Part shown: one piece after another, positions 47,822 to 56,464 of the stretch
How positions within the stretch are numbered: position 1 is the first letter of the stretch
How the letters are laid out: every line of letters begins with the position of its first letter
Virus record (IMG/VR): IMGVR_UViG_2597489997_000001
Coordinates: 160,001 to 224,000 of that record
Strand: one strand, 5' to 3'
Source of the DNA: a virus
Lineage: Duplodnaviria; Caudoviricetes
DNA length: 64,000 nt
Program-made: the position numbers and the translations under genes
The notes under the pieces: model-generated
The model's database searches: none
The model's input: only the letters and a program-made list of their open reading frames with translations
What the model was told of the DNA's origin: nothing

Positions 47822-48954
47822 TACAGTTGGAAATCACCGAACTCGGCAGTATCTACTTCTGAGTCGATCTGACCTACCAGGTAAGAAGAAACTTCTACTT
47901 CCTGAGGAGCAACCTGAACGTTGTCAGTTACCAGCCATGAGTTAATCCATGGAATTGGGTTAGAGTTGGTTTTGAATGGAAGATCCAAACCGATCGCCTG
48001 CATACGGATGTTGGTAATGTACTCAACATACTGGCAGAGGATCTCTTTGTTCAGACCGATCATTGAACCATCTTTGAACAGATAGTCAGCCCACTCTTTT
48101 TCTTGCTGAGCGGTAGCAACGAACATGTCGTATGACTCTTGACGACACTCTGCTGCAATCTCAGCCATCTCTGGATCATCTTTACCAGAGTTCATCAGGT
48201 TGATGATGTGCTGAGTACCAACCATGTGAAGTGCTTCGTCACGTGCGATCATTTTGATGATCTTAGCGTTACCTTCCATCAGCTTACGTTCGGCAAATGC
48301 GAATGAGCAAGCGAAGGATACGTAGAAACGAATAGCTTCAAGTGAGTTGATAGATTGCAGAGCCAGGTACAGTGCTTTCTTAATAGCACGAAGATTAACA
48401 TTAACCTTCTCGCCATTGACTACGTGGTCACCCAGACCCAGGTAATAGTACTGGTTGATCAAGGCAATCAGTTTGTCGTAGTAATGGGAAACAGATGCAG
48501 CACGTTTCTTGATATGTTCGTTATCTACAACGTCATCAAAGACAATGGAAGGATCGTTAACGATGTTCCTGATGATGTGAGTATAGCTACGACTGTGGAT
48601 GGTTTCAGAGAAGCCCCAGGTCTCAGCCCATGTTTCCAGCTCTGGGATAGAGCAGATCGGGAGTAATGCAACGTTTGGACCACGGCCCTGGATAGAGTCC
48701 AGTAGTGTCTGATATTTCAGGTTACTGATGAACAGGTGTTTCTCGTGATCTGGTAAAGCCATGTAGTCAATACGGTCACGGGAGACATCTACTTCTTCAG
48801 GACGCCAGAAGAAAGAAAGTTGTTTCTCAATGAGTTTCTCAAAGATCTCATACTTCTGTTGGTCGTAACGAGAAACGTTGACGTTTTGACCCAGGAACAT
48901 GTGTTCTTGTAATTGATCGTTTTTGTTTTGGTTGAAAGTTGAGTAACCTGACAT
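47821..48954 (-). CDS. nrdB: class Ia ribonucleotide reductase beta subunit
   Basis: [50 protein letters not shown]; colinear with E. coli NrdB. Confidence 0.97.
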   Translation of the reverse strand: MSGYSTFNQNKNDQLQEHMFLGQNVNVSRYDQQKYEIFEKLIEKQLSFFWRPEEVDVSRDRIDYMALPDHEKHLFISNLKYQTLLDSIQGRGPNVALLPICSIPELETWAETWGFSETIHSRSYTHIIRNIVNDPSIVFDDVVDNEHIKKRAASVSHYYDKLIALINQYYYLGLGDHVVNGEKVNVNLRAIKKALYLALQSINSLEAIRFYVSFACSFAFAERKLMEGNAKIIKMIARDEALHMVGTQHIINLMNSGKDDPEMAEIAAECRQESYDMFVATAQQEKEWADYLFKDGSMIGLNKEILCQYVEYITNIRMQAIGLDLPFKTNSNPIPWINSWLVTDNVQVAPQEVEVSSYLVGQIDSEVDTAEFGDFQL

Positions 48955-49022
48955 GTCTAATTCCTTGAAAAAGATTGGGATTGAATTTGTTTAGCTAATG
49001 ATGTAATCGTTGATAAAAACTT

Positions 49023-49042
49023 TACTGTCTAATGTAACAGTA
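49023..49042. promoter_or_regulatory. LexA (SOS) box-like palindrome upstream of nrdB
   Basis: TACTGT-CTAATGTA-ACAGTA = CTGT-N8-ACAG with consensus TA flanks. Confidence 0.45.
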
Positions 49043-49182
49043 CTTTATTAATCCCTTCCCTATTATTTAGTTTAGATATCTCCGGTTAGGAGGGGGAAGG
49101 GGAGTTTGTTTAATAACGCGTTTACGAAGTAAACATCCTTTAATGTCCTTTCCCGGTGAGCAGCCTGATTCATTTGTATATG

Positions 49183-49213
49183 GTTTCAGACATATATTAT
49201 TTACGTGTATAAC
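49183..49213 (+). promoter_or_regulatory. phage early promoter motif
   Basis: GTTTCAGACATATATTATTTACGTGTATAAC. Confidence 0.8.
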
Positions 49214-49246
49214 ATAAACCTATTCAAACTTATTAAGGATGTCATC

Positions 49247-49531
49247 ATGTCTAACTTCATCAAAAACGTAATTGCTAATATCTTCTTTATCTTAGGCTTG
49301 ATCATCGCCGGCATCCTGGGTTTATTTCTGGCTGCTTTTAAAGTGATCGTTATCGCGGCCAACTGTTACTGGAAAACAGTCTACACCATCAGCTCTTTCA
49401 TGCTTGAGCATTTTGGCGCTATCTTCTCAGTGATCATCATTGGTGTATTTGGTTACGCTATTCTCTCACCACGTGACCCTAACTTCATTTCTCAAGATGA
49501 CCCGCGTCATCCTTGCAACAACGAACTTTAA
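49247..49531 (+). CDS. membrane protein (paralog of next gene)
   Basis: ATG after TAAGGA; hydrophobic; MSNFI.NV...HF...GY..L.P. Confidence 0.75.
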   Translation: MSNFIKNVIANIFFILGLIIAGILGLFLAAFKVIVIAANCYWKTVYTISSFMLEHFGAIFSVIIIGVFGYAILSPRDPNFISQDDPRHPCNNEL

Positions 49532-49558
49532 TTAACCTATTTATAAGGAATCAAAATC

Positions 49559-49816
49559 ATGACTAACTTTATTCTGAACGTACTGTGGATCATCTTCCTG
49601 GCAGTTATCTCCATTGTCAACCTGTTCCATAAAGCTGTAGTTGCAGTGGGTGTTGCAATCGTAAATACTTTCTTCTGGATCGGTGATCACTTCATCGAAC
49701 TCTTCGCAGGGTTCCTGGTTGTGAGTGTAGGTTACCTGGTATTGAATCCACCTGTTGTTATTGAAGAGGAAGAAGTTGAAGAACCAGTTGACCTGGTTTT
49801 AGTCATCAATTTTTAA
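49559..49816 (+). CDS. membrane protein
   Basis: TAAGGA RBS; MTNFI.NV...HF...GY..L.P. Confidence 0.75.
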   Translation: MTNFILNVLWIIFLAVISIVNLFHKAVVAVGVAIVNTFFWIGDHFIELFAGFLVVSVGYLVLNPPVVIEEEEVEEPVDLVLVINF

Positions 49817-49851
49817 GAAACTATCAAAACCACTAAAGAAGGGAAATTGTA

Positions 49852-50151
49852 ATGAAGAAGTTGATCTTAGCTGTGTGCGTTCTGGCTACTGTAAGCGCTC
49901 AGGCTGCTGTTGATCCTCAGCCGACCCAGATGTGTCGGGTGGAAGTCTGTAACAAGCTGGAGCGCGTTACGTTAAGCGTCAGCAAGTGGATCTCTGACAG
50001 CATGGGTGAAACGTGTTTCGATATTACCATGCCGAAGTCTGAAGCCATTCCGGGTTCAGTACTCAGTTCAGAATCTCGTTGGTATCAGGGTAGTTTTAAC
50101 CCTACTAAGAAATCAGTTACCCGAGTCAGCCGTGTACTCGAGTGTCAATAA
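49852..50151 (+). CDS. secreted/periplasmic protein with four mature-region Cys
   Basis: Sec signal MKKLILAVCVLATVSAQA. Confidence 0.75.
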   Translation: MKKLILAVCVLATVSAQAAVDPQPTQMCRVEVCNKLERVTLSVSKWISDSMGETCFDITMPKSEAIPGSVLSSESRWYQGSFNPTKKSVTRVSRVLECQ

Positions 50152-50158
50152 TTTAATC

Positions 50159-50186
50159 GCCCTCTGAAAGGAGGGCTTTCTTATTT
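50159..50186 (+). terminator. short terminator
   Basis: GCCCTCT-GAAA-GGAGGGC-TTTCTTATTT. Confidence 0.6.
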
Positions 50187-50201
50187 GAAAAGGATATTAA
50201 A

Positions 50202-50669
50202 ATGAAATACGCATTAATCGCTCTGGCATTATCTACCGCTGTTCTGTCTTTCGGATCTCAGGCTAGTACCGATCCGCTGGATATCGTTGGCGATCGTTGT
50301 GCTCCAGGTGATGTGATCTTCTATGGCCAGAATGTGAAGCACACCAAAGAAGTTCTGATTTGCCAGTTGGGTACGAATATCTTCTACTCATTTGGTCGTA
50401 TTGGTCAAGAACCAGAGATGGTTGTTAAGTCTGATAACTCAGAATCTAAAGTAGAGATCTCTGATGGAAATGTTTGGTCAACCGATTACATCTATGTTCC
50501 TAACGTGGATGTAACTTATCGTGTTGGCCATACTGGCGACTTCATTCAAAACACCGAGGAAGAAGCCATCTACGTTTATAGCGAAGTTCGTGAAGAACCG
50601 ATTGCTGTGATTAAACTAGACCCTGCAACTGTGGTCAACGGAATTCGTTCCAACTTTGTCCCAAACTAA
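50202..50669 (+). CDS. secreted/periplasmic protein
   Basis: Sec signal MKYALIALALSTAVLSFGSQA; two Cys. Confidence 0.75.
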   Translation: MKYALIALALSTAVLSFGSQASTDPLDIVGDRCAPGDVIFYGQNVKHTKEVLICQLGTNIFYSFGRIGQEPEMVVKSDNSESKVEISDGNVWSTDYIYVPNVDVTYRVGHTGDFIQNTEEEAIYVYSEVREEPIAVIKLDPATVVNGIRSNFVPN

Positions 50670-50787
50670 ACATCTAACCTAATAGAGGTGGCAAAAATAA
50701 ATCGACTTACCAGTCGTTGAGAATACTTTTCATTATTCTTACAAAACTGTTTATCAATTTCAAACTTTAGTATAGAAGGAAAGAATC

Positions 50788-51177
50788 ATGAAAACTATTA
50801 TCGATATCATCCGTGCTTTGTTCCACAAACTGTGGGTATCTCCTAAACACGCTTTGGTTGTTGGTTTTATTCTTGCATTGACCAACAGCTTATTCCTGTT
50901 CTCTGCTTGGATCGTTATTTATGCATCTATGTATTATGGTCACAAGGTTGCTCTGGCTGCTTCGGATTATAATGATTACTCTCGGTATACGCCGTATGCT
51001 GAAGCCGACTTGCGTTTCAAAGATGCAATCACCCCGTCCTTCTTTAAAGCTCTGGCGATTTACGCAGCAGTCTTTACTGGTAACTTTTGGCTTATTCCTG
51101 TCTGTTACTTAATTACAGATAACAGCACTTGCTATGCTTACATCAACAGAGGTTTCCGTTATGTTATCGTTCTTTGA
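50788..51177 (+). CDS. membrane protein
   Basis: Hydrophobic segments; AAGGA RBS. Confidence 0.7.
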   Translation: MKTIIDIIRALFHKLWVSPKHALVVGFILALTNSLFLFSAWIVIYASMYYGHKVALAASDYNDYSRYTPYAEADLRFKDAITPSFFKALAIYAAVFTGNFWLIPVCYLITDNSTCYAYINRGFRYVIVL

Positions 51178-51493
51178 TCGCACAGCTCCTTTGTATGGGC
51201 TGCCGATCTACTGGTTCGCAGCTCAGTTCAATCCGGTATTAGCAGCGGCATTGTTCAACGTGTACTTAGTGATTGTTCTGATCACCCTGCTCAAAAAGAT
51301 CATGAAGGCTAATAAAGGTAAACCTCAGGAAGTGGCTAAGGTCAATACCGCTTCCTGGGTTTCTTCTATCGCTGTCATGTTAATTACCATTTGGGGTGTT
51401 GTTACGACATCCTCACTGTTCATTATTGCTGTGGGTGTAATTGTAGTGATGAGCATCGAAACTATCCGTAAACGAAAATTAGACAAGGAATAA
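51161..51493 (+). CDS. membrane protein
   Basis: ATG 51161 after GAGGT; about three TM segments. Confidence 0.7.
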   Translation: MLSFFDRTAPLYGLPIYWFAAQFNPVLAAALFNVYLVIVLITLLKKIMKANKGKPQEVAKVNTASWVSSIAVMLITIWGVVTTSSLFIIAVGVIVVMSIETIRKRKLDKE

Positions 51494-51496
51494 CAA

Positions 51497-51898
51497 ATGA
51501 ACGTCACCTTATACCTGGATACTCCAGAACATCACCCAACTTCTAAAATGCCACGAGCTATTCGTGAGCTTTGGTATTCCAATCGTCGGGAGGGTCTGCT
51601 TTCTTTGGTGGAAGGGTATGGTTGCCCCCACAGTGGTTGTGAACATCGTTTCCACTTCACTGCACCACGGGCTGATGTAGTGGCATGGTTGGACTTGTTT
51701 GTAGAAGAGTTCCCTGACTGTTCTCCAGAAGTGGCTATTCTGAAATCAAAGATTCGTATTGGTTTCGTACAAGGAATCGGCGTGGACTCCCGTGGGAATA
51801 TGCGCCTCGTATTAAAAACTATTCAGCGCCAAGTGGGATATAACGGTGAACTACTATCACGCCCATGGTTTTGGACACCTGAGTGGGAAGAAAAATAA
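51497..51898 (+). CDS. hypothetical protein
   Basis: 133-aa ORF, AAGGA RBS. Confidence 0.7.
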   Translation: MNVTLYLDTPEHHPTSKMPRAIRELWYSNRREGLLSLVEGYGCPHSGCEHRFHFTAPRADVVAWLDLFVEEFPDCSPEVAILKSKIRIGFVQGIGVDSRGNMRLVLKTIQRQVGYNGELLSRPWFWTPEWEEK

Positions 51899-51941
51899 AC
51901 CCATCCATATTTCTTACTAACAAACTCTTTGAGGTTAACAA

Positions 51942-52274
51942 ATGAAATACATTAGTTCTTTTATTCACGTCCCTACTACTGACGGTCAGTTGGCTCTCGA
52001 TGTAACAGCTATCACTTCCATCTCTGGTCATGCTGGTGAATACAAGTGTTGCGTGATGACTACTGGCCCTTCACCGGTCGTTGTTGATATGAACCGTGAT
52101 AAACTCATTGACATGGTGGAGCAACTTCGTCGCCAGATCTGGGAAAATCAGCAGAAGGGTAATGCGGTTGCGATCAATCTCTTAACAGAGATTGCTAAGA
52201 ACACGACACCAGAACCATCAATCACCCAGCAGTTAACTAAAACAGTTCACTTTGGGAATAACCATACAGGATAA
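51942..52274 (+). CDS. FlbD/LytTR-like small beta-domain protein
   Basis: LDVTAITSI...VVVDMNRDKLIDMV pattern; GAGGT RBS. Confidence 0.55.
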   Translation: MKYISSFIHVPTTDGQLALDVTAITSISGHAGEYKCCVMTTGPSPVVVDMNRDKLIDMVEQLRRQIWENQQKGNAVAINLLTEIAKNTTPEPSITQQLTKTVHFGNNHTG

Positions 52275-52278
52275 AAAA

Positions 52279-52689
52279 GTGAAAAGAGAAATCGAAGTAA
52301 ATCTGATAGATATGCTCGGTGATAACTCTTCTGGTACCACCCCAGAACTTATTAATATTGAAAATATTGCTACAGTGGGTAGCAATAATAATTTCAATAC
52401 AGGGACCATTCGTCTGGATGATGGTAAGGTTTACTATACCAAGGAAAGTTATAGTCAGCTCCGTGACAAGATTGAAGAAGCTAAAATTCTTCGTGAATGT
52501 TACACTGTGAAAATGAAGTCCGAGGGAAAGCGACCTAGTAATACCCACTACATCCCCCTCGAGTCAGTCGACCTCATTGAGGTTAACTCTGAAACTAACC
52601 ATGTAACATTATGGTGTAAAGGGACCCGCTTCAATACTGGCATGACTGGCATTGAACTTCGTAAAACTATCATCAAACTTCCAATGTAA
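52279..52689 (+). CDS. tandem FlbD/LytTR-like domain protein
   Basis: GTG start after AGGA; INIENIATV...IRLDDGKVYYTKESYSQL and IPLESVDLIEV...MTGIEL. Confidence 0.6.
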   Translation: MKREIEVNLIDMLGDNSSGTTPELINIENIATVGSNNNFNTGTIRLDDGKVYYTKESYSQLRDKIEEAKILRECYTVKMKSEGKRPSNTHYIPLESVDLIEVNSETNHVTLWCKGTRFNTGMTGIELRKTIIKLPM

Positions 52690-52698
52690 GGGATAGTA

Positions 52699-52917
52699 AT
52701 GGAAATCACAATTGATTTAGATGTTGATCGACACGGCGTATCATCCAAGATCGTTAAGGTTGAAGATATTGCTTGGATGTCCGGGCACGCTAGGCGACCA
52801 GGTTGCTACGTGACTATGAAGGATGGTTCTCGTTATAAATCCACTAACGATTCCATTGCCCTCCGTCAGCGTCTCGACCAAGCTAAAGCTAACGATACTA
52901 AGCCGCAGAGAGGTTAA
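52699..52917 (+). CDS. FlbD/LytTR-like small protein
   Basis: VKVEDIAWM...VTMKDGSRYKSTNDSIALRQRL. Confidence 0.6.
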   Translation: MEITIDLDVDRHGVSSKIVKVEDIAWMSGHARRPGCYVTMKDGSRYKSTNDSIALRQRLDQAKANDTKPQRG

Positions 52918-53075
52918 TGTGAAGGGTGTATCTCGCCGGTCGTTGTTACTGTTTGCGGTGGGAAGATCCATTACACCAAAAGCAGTCGTTGTGGGCACAG
53001 TAACAGAAGTAATTTGTAAAGCCGTAATTGGGCCAGAGCTAACTTTGCTCACTAACTTTAGAAAGAGGTTGCAAC

Positions 53076-53531
53076 ATGTTAAGTAAATTTAAGTACAATC
53101 GCATTACGGGGATGTGGTCTCGTATCTTACTGCTTTCTGACGGTAAAAATAATCCTTACCAAAATGAGGTGATGTTAACTCCTGTTGAGTTGGCTGGCTA
53201 TCCTCGTACCTGGGATGAAGTAGCGGAACTGAATGTGGTTAAGTATTTCCATCAGCAGCTTCCTAACGACGTTAGTTACTACTCCGAACTCCCTTCTGAT
53301 ATTGAACACGAGATGCTGGAGAATCTTCCTTACCGTGTTTGGGATGTCTTAGTACAAAAAGATATTCCACTTATTCACGTAACTCTCCCATCTGGGTTTA
53401 TCGTGAAAGGGAAGGTCTGCGTATCGGGTTTCAAGGAACTTATGGAACCTCAGCACACTCTCGGTAGCGAAGCACTGGGTAACCAGTTGAAGTCGTCTCT
53501 CTTTGGTAAGGAAAGTAACGATGCTCAGTAA
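53076..53531 (+). CDS. hypothetical protein (paralog of next gene N-terminus)
   Basis: MLSK..NR...W.R.LL...LTPV...WD.V.E motif. Confidence 0.75.
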   Translation: MLSKFKYNRITGMWSRILLLSDGKNNPYQNEVMLTPVELAGYPRTWDEVAELNVVKYFHQQLPNDVSYYSELPSDIEHEMLENLPYRVWDVLVQKDIPLIHVTLPSGFIVKGKVCVSGFKELMEPQHTLGSEALGNQLKSSLFGKESNDAQ

Positions 53532-54321
53532 GAATAAAGATTGGTTCCGTTTTAATCGCTACTTCCGCTGTTGGGAGCGCGTGTTATTACGGGGTGGTGG
53601 TGACTATACTCATCAGGTCTCGGTTGACTTAACTCCGGTAAACGATACCCCTAATGAGTGGGATAAGGTACGCGAAGTAACCATCTCTCGCCGAGATATT
53701 CGTTTCGCAGCAAAACCTTTACTGGCACGTGACATCGTCTGGACGCATCATCTTCCAGATGAAGTGTATGACCAGATGGTTAAGAATCTCGGTAAAGATA
53801 AGGCTGATTTCTTAGTCCATGCTGATATCTACAAATTGGTGGATTGGAATGAATACTCTAAGTACTCATTCGGCGCGTCTTGTGCGTTACGCTTAGTTCG
53901 CCGTGATCTGACGGTTAACTTCCGTTCCATCCATACAGATGAGTATGGCACTCGTGAAATCTATCTGAAACCATCCCAGTTCCAGCTACACACGGATATC
54001 TCTATATCTCCTAACTGTGACATGGTTGGTGGAGTTGCCTTCACTAAAAGCTCCGAGGGCACTGGTAACTCGATGAACACGATTGTGATCTATTACGATC
54101 ATATCAATCAGCTGACTGCCATAGAGATCAAAGCCTGTATCCCAGAGAAGGAAGAACTGAATACTCGCATTATTGGTCGCCATGGCGAACGTTGGGATGA
54201 CCGTATTACTAACTATATGGATGAGTTAGTTTCGCTCGGTTATTTCAATGTTGGGAATATTGGCGTAGTGCGTGAAATATCCGCTAACGCCTGGACTCTA
54301 ATTCAATCGGGGAATATCTAA
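53521..54321 (+). CDS. hypothetical protein
   Basis: ATG 53521 after TAAGGA; same N-terminal domain as the previous gene. Confidence 0.75.
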   Translation: MLSKNKDWFRFNRYFRCWERVLLRGGGDYTHQVSVDLTPVNDTPNEWDKVREVTISRRDIRFAAKPLLARDIVWTHHLPDEVYDQMVKNLGKDKADFLVHADIYKLVDWNEYSKYSFGASCALRLVRRDLTVNFRSIHTDEYGTREIYLKPSQFQLHTDISISPNCDMVGGVAFTKSSEGTGNSMNTIVIYYDHINQLTAIEIKACIPEKEELNTRIIGRHGERWDDRITNYMDELVSLGYFNVGNIGVVREISANAWTLIQSGNI

Positions 54322-54773
54322 TGGATGAGCTTTATCATTTTGATTATGGCGTACTTATCACTTATGGTGAAGGGCCGTCGTGTAATGTAGCCGTGTTCCG
54401 TGATTACTGCTCTGATCCGGAAATGCTTACTTTTATCGGCGATCGTAAATTGAACTTCAACAATGTTCCATCCATTCCTGTTCCTAACTCATTTAAAGAG
54501 ATTAGCGAAGTGATCGATGGAGTAGAACGCACAACCAGTTTCTCACCAAGTCACGTTGCCCAAATACTGGATAAGCTGAACTGGGCTGGGTTCTGTTATC
54601 TCGAAAAGAATGATCAACGTAGAACAGCATTGGGAATTCTCCCTACGGTAATCTTTGTAGATACCGATCATTATATCGATTCAACCCACTGGGAAGAAAT
54701 CTCGACTCAACGCGCTATTGAGTTAATTAACCAACACACAACTCCTAAGAAGGAAGAGGAAAATGCAGCTTAA
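54321..54773 (+). CDS. hypothetical protein
   Basis: TAATG overlap; 150 aa. Confidence 0.7.
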   Translation: MDELYHFDYGVLITYGEGPSCNVAVFRDYCSDPEMLTFIGDRKLNFNNVPSIPVPNSFKEISEVIDGVERTTSFSPSHVAQILDKLNWAGFCYLEKNDQRRTALGILPTVIFVDTDHYIDSTHWEEISTQRAIELINQHTTPKKEEENAA

Positions 54774-55221
54774 GTTTTTGTTTGGTACTGTTCGTGCTAT
54801 TCCTGAAGGATCAGAAGACATCATTGAAAATGTGAAGTTGAAAGACTTCCTGGCGTTGACCCGCAAGACAGATGTGTTCCAGCATTCTGATATGCGTTCG
54901 ATGGTGGTAATGGGTCTTTCCACTGGCGGGTTCGTTAAGAAACTCCATAACCCAGAAAGGATGGACTTCTACGGTGAATCAATTTCTTGTCGTGTCAGAA
55001 CTGATGAAAGCATGGATCCTATCTATGCTGAGTTAATCAAGACCGGGACCTGGTGGAAACATGAATTCCAACAGCACAAGAAAACGTTTACTATCTTCGG
55101 GGTAACCGAAGCTGGGTTTAAACCTTCTTCCGGGGTAAGTGAGTTGAATTGGGTTGAGACAACTCATGCCGACATGCTAGATATTGTAAGGGCTGAAGAC
55201 GAAGCGTCAAACGGCTGGTAA
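54763..55221 (+). CDS. hypothetical protein
   Basis: 152 aa, purine-rich RBS. Confidence 0.7.
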   Translation: MQLKFLFGTVRAIPEGSEDIIENVKLKDFLALTRKTDVFQHSDMRSMVVMGLSTGGFVKKLHNPERMDFYGESISCRVRTDESMDPIYAELIKTGTWWKHEFQQHKKTFTIFGVTEAGFKPSSGVSELNWVETTHADMLDIVRAEDEASNGW

Positions 55222-55230
55222 ACAAACATA

Positions 55231-55262
55231 AACTCTACTCACCCATTTGGGTGAGTAGAGTT
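55231..55262. terminator. bidirectional terminator, CATA/TATG flanks
   Basis: AACTCTACTCACCC-ATTT-GGGTGAGTAGAGTT between convergent genes. Confidence 0.85.
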
Positions 55263-55288
55263 GTTAACATATATGTTTTATTTTGGTT

Positions 55289-55891
55289 TTACGGTACTGC
55301 TTGAACGTCTTCGATAACATACAGATGTCCGGCCAAGGCATCTATATTGAGCGCAGTAATACCGAATACACCAGAGTTCCAACTTACCATATCAATTGGC
55401 TGGTAATCCGTTTCAATGGTATCCCAATAGATATCACCCATCAGCTTCATTGCGTTATCAGGGTTGACATCATCGCGCTCCATCACTAGTCCGTATTTGG
55501 ACGTTTCAGTAATGAAGACCACTCCAGCTTGCTGGTTACCATTTTTAATCGCACCAACTAAATCCATAGTAGTTGCATGAGTACGAATAGTGACTGCGAA
55601 CTCTTCAAAGATGAGAGATACGTCTACCTTCTCAACTTCAAAGTCGCCGCGCAGGAAACCAGTCTTACGGGATACGAAACAGGCAAGCTCGTTGCCATTA
55701 CTAAACGAAACCGGAGGCTCAATGATAACGTCTTCGGCTGTCAAGCCGGTATAACGTTTCTTCGCCAGTTCGAGTTCGCTACTAGGTCCTTGTGCTTCCA
55801 GTTTTCTTATGCGTTCTTCCATCCATTTACGAGCGGATAAGAATACAGGATCTTTGACCTTTTTATTGTTCACGCCTGTGACAACAATCAT
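55289..55891 (-). CDS. stand-alone paralog of the fibre N-terminal anchor domain
   Basis: 200 aa aligning over its length to the 4079-aa N-terminus (KDP, ELELA..RYTGL, VSRKTGF). Confidence 0.85.
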   Translation of the reverse strand: MIVVTGVNNKKVKDPVFLSARKWMEERIRKLEAQGPSSELELAKKRYTGLTAEDVIIEPPVSFSNGNELACFVSRKTGFLRGDFEVEKVDVSLIFEEFAVTIRTHATTMDLVGAIKNGNQQAGVVFITETSKYGLVMERDDVNPDNAMKLMGDIYWDTIETDYQPIDMVSWNSGVFGITALNIDALAGHLYVIEDVQAVP

Positions 55892-55965
55892 GAGTCATTA
55901 CCTATAGGTGAAAATTAAAACGATTGGATATCCAAACGATTCAACCGTTATTTAATTTGTAATAA

Positions 55966-55996
55966 ATTACAAGCAGATATTATCCTTATGTAGACA
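55966..55996 (+). promoter_or_regulatory. phage early promoter motif
   Basis: ATTACAAGCAGATATTATCCTTATGTAGACA. Confidence 0.7.
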
Positions 55997-56026
55997 ATAT
56001 TAATGAAGTTAATAGAGGATTAAAAT

Positions 56027-56464
56027 ATGGCTGTTCTGATTGATGGGATTACTTTGGATGTTGATCAACTTAGACGCATACAGATGTTGTACGGTTCAAT
56101 CGAAAAGATGAAGACCTATCCTTTCTGGATTGAGTGCCAACAGAAACATAAGTATTTAACTGACTTGATTGAGAACATCAAGATAGGTCGCCAAATGGAA
56201 AAAGATAATACTCCTCGTTGGAATATTTTATCGCGTTGGATAGTGAGTCCATTAGGTACCTGGGGGATGAATAAATTTATCATCCCTCGTATTGAGAAAC
56301 TCAAAGAAAAATATCAAACCCTACTCACCCTTCCAGCTGGGTTTGCTGTCTCCGCCGCCAATGAAGAGTTCGATAAGTTCATTGAAGAACTCGGTAATTT
56401 CATTGCTGTCACTAACAAAATAACTGGAATTAAGGACGACCCTTATGTCAAACCAAAAGCTTGA
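56027..56464 (+). CDS. hypothetical early protein
   Basis: 145 aa, GAGGA RBS. Confidence 0.75.
   Translation: MAVLIDGITLDVDQLRRIQMLYGSIEKMKTYPFWIECQQKHKYLTDLIENIKIGRQMEKDNTPRWNILSRWIVSPLGTWGMNKFIIPRIEKLKEKYQTLLTLPAGFAVSAANEEFDKFIEELGNFIAVTNKITGIKDDPYVKPKA

Noticed and set aside
48955-49180. NrdR box upstream of nrdB
   Set aside because: No match to the ACAC(A/T)ATAT(A/T)TTGTG-type consensus was found by eye.
52823-53086. ORF with SRRSLL twin-arginine-like motif, and a Cys-rich in-frame extension after the 52917 stop
   Set aside because: No convincing h-region or cleavage site, and either frame could be chance; not supportable.
55901-55972. Short palindromes CCTATAGG, TTGGATATCCAA and TTGTAAT-AA-ATTACAA in a divergent spacer
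   Set aside because: Short, AT-rich and not repeated elsewhere; cannot be told from chance.
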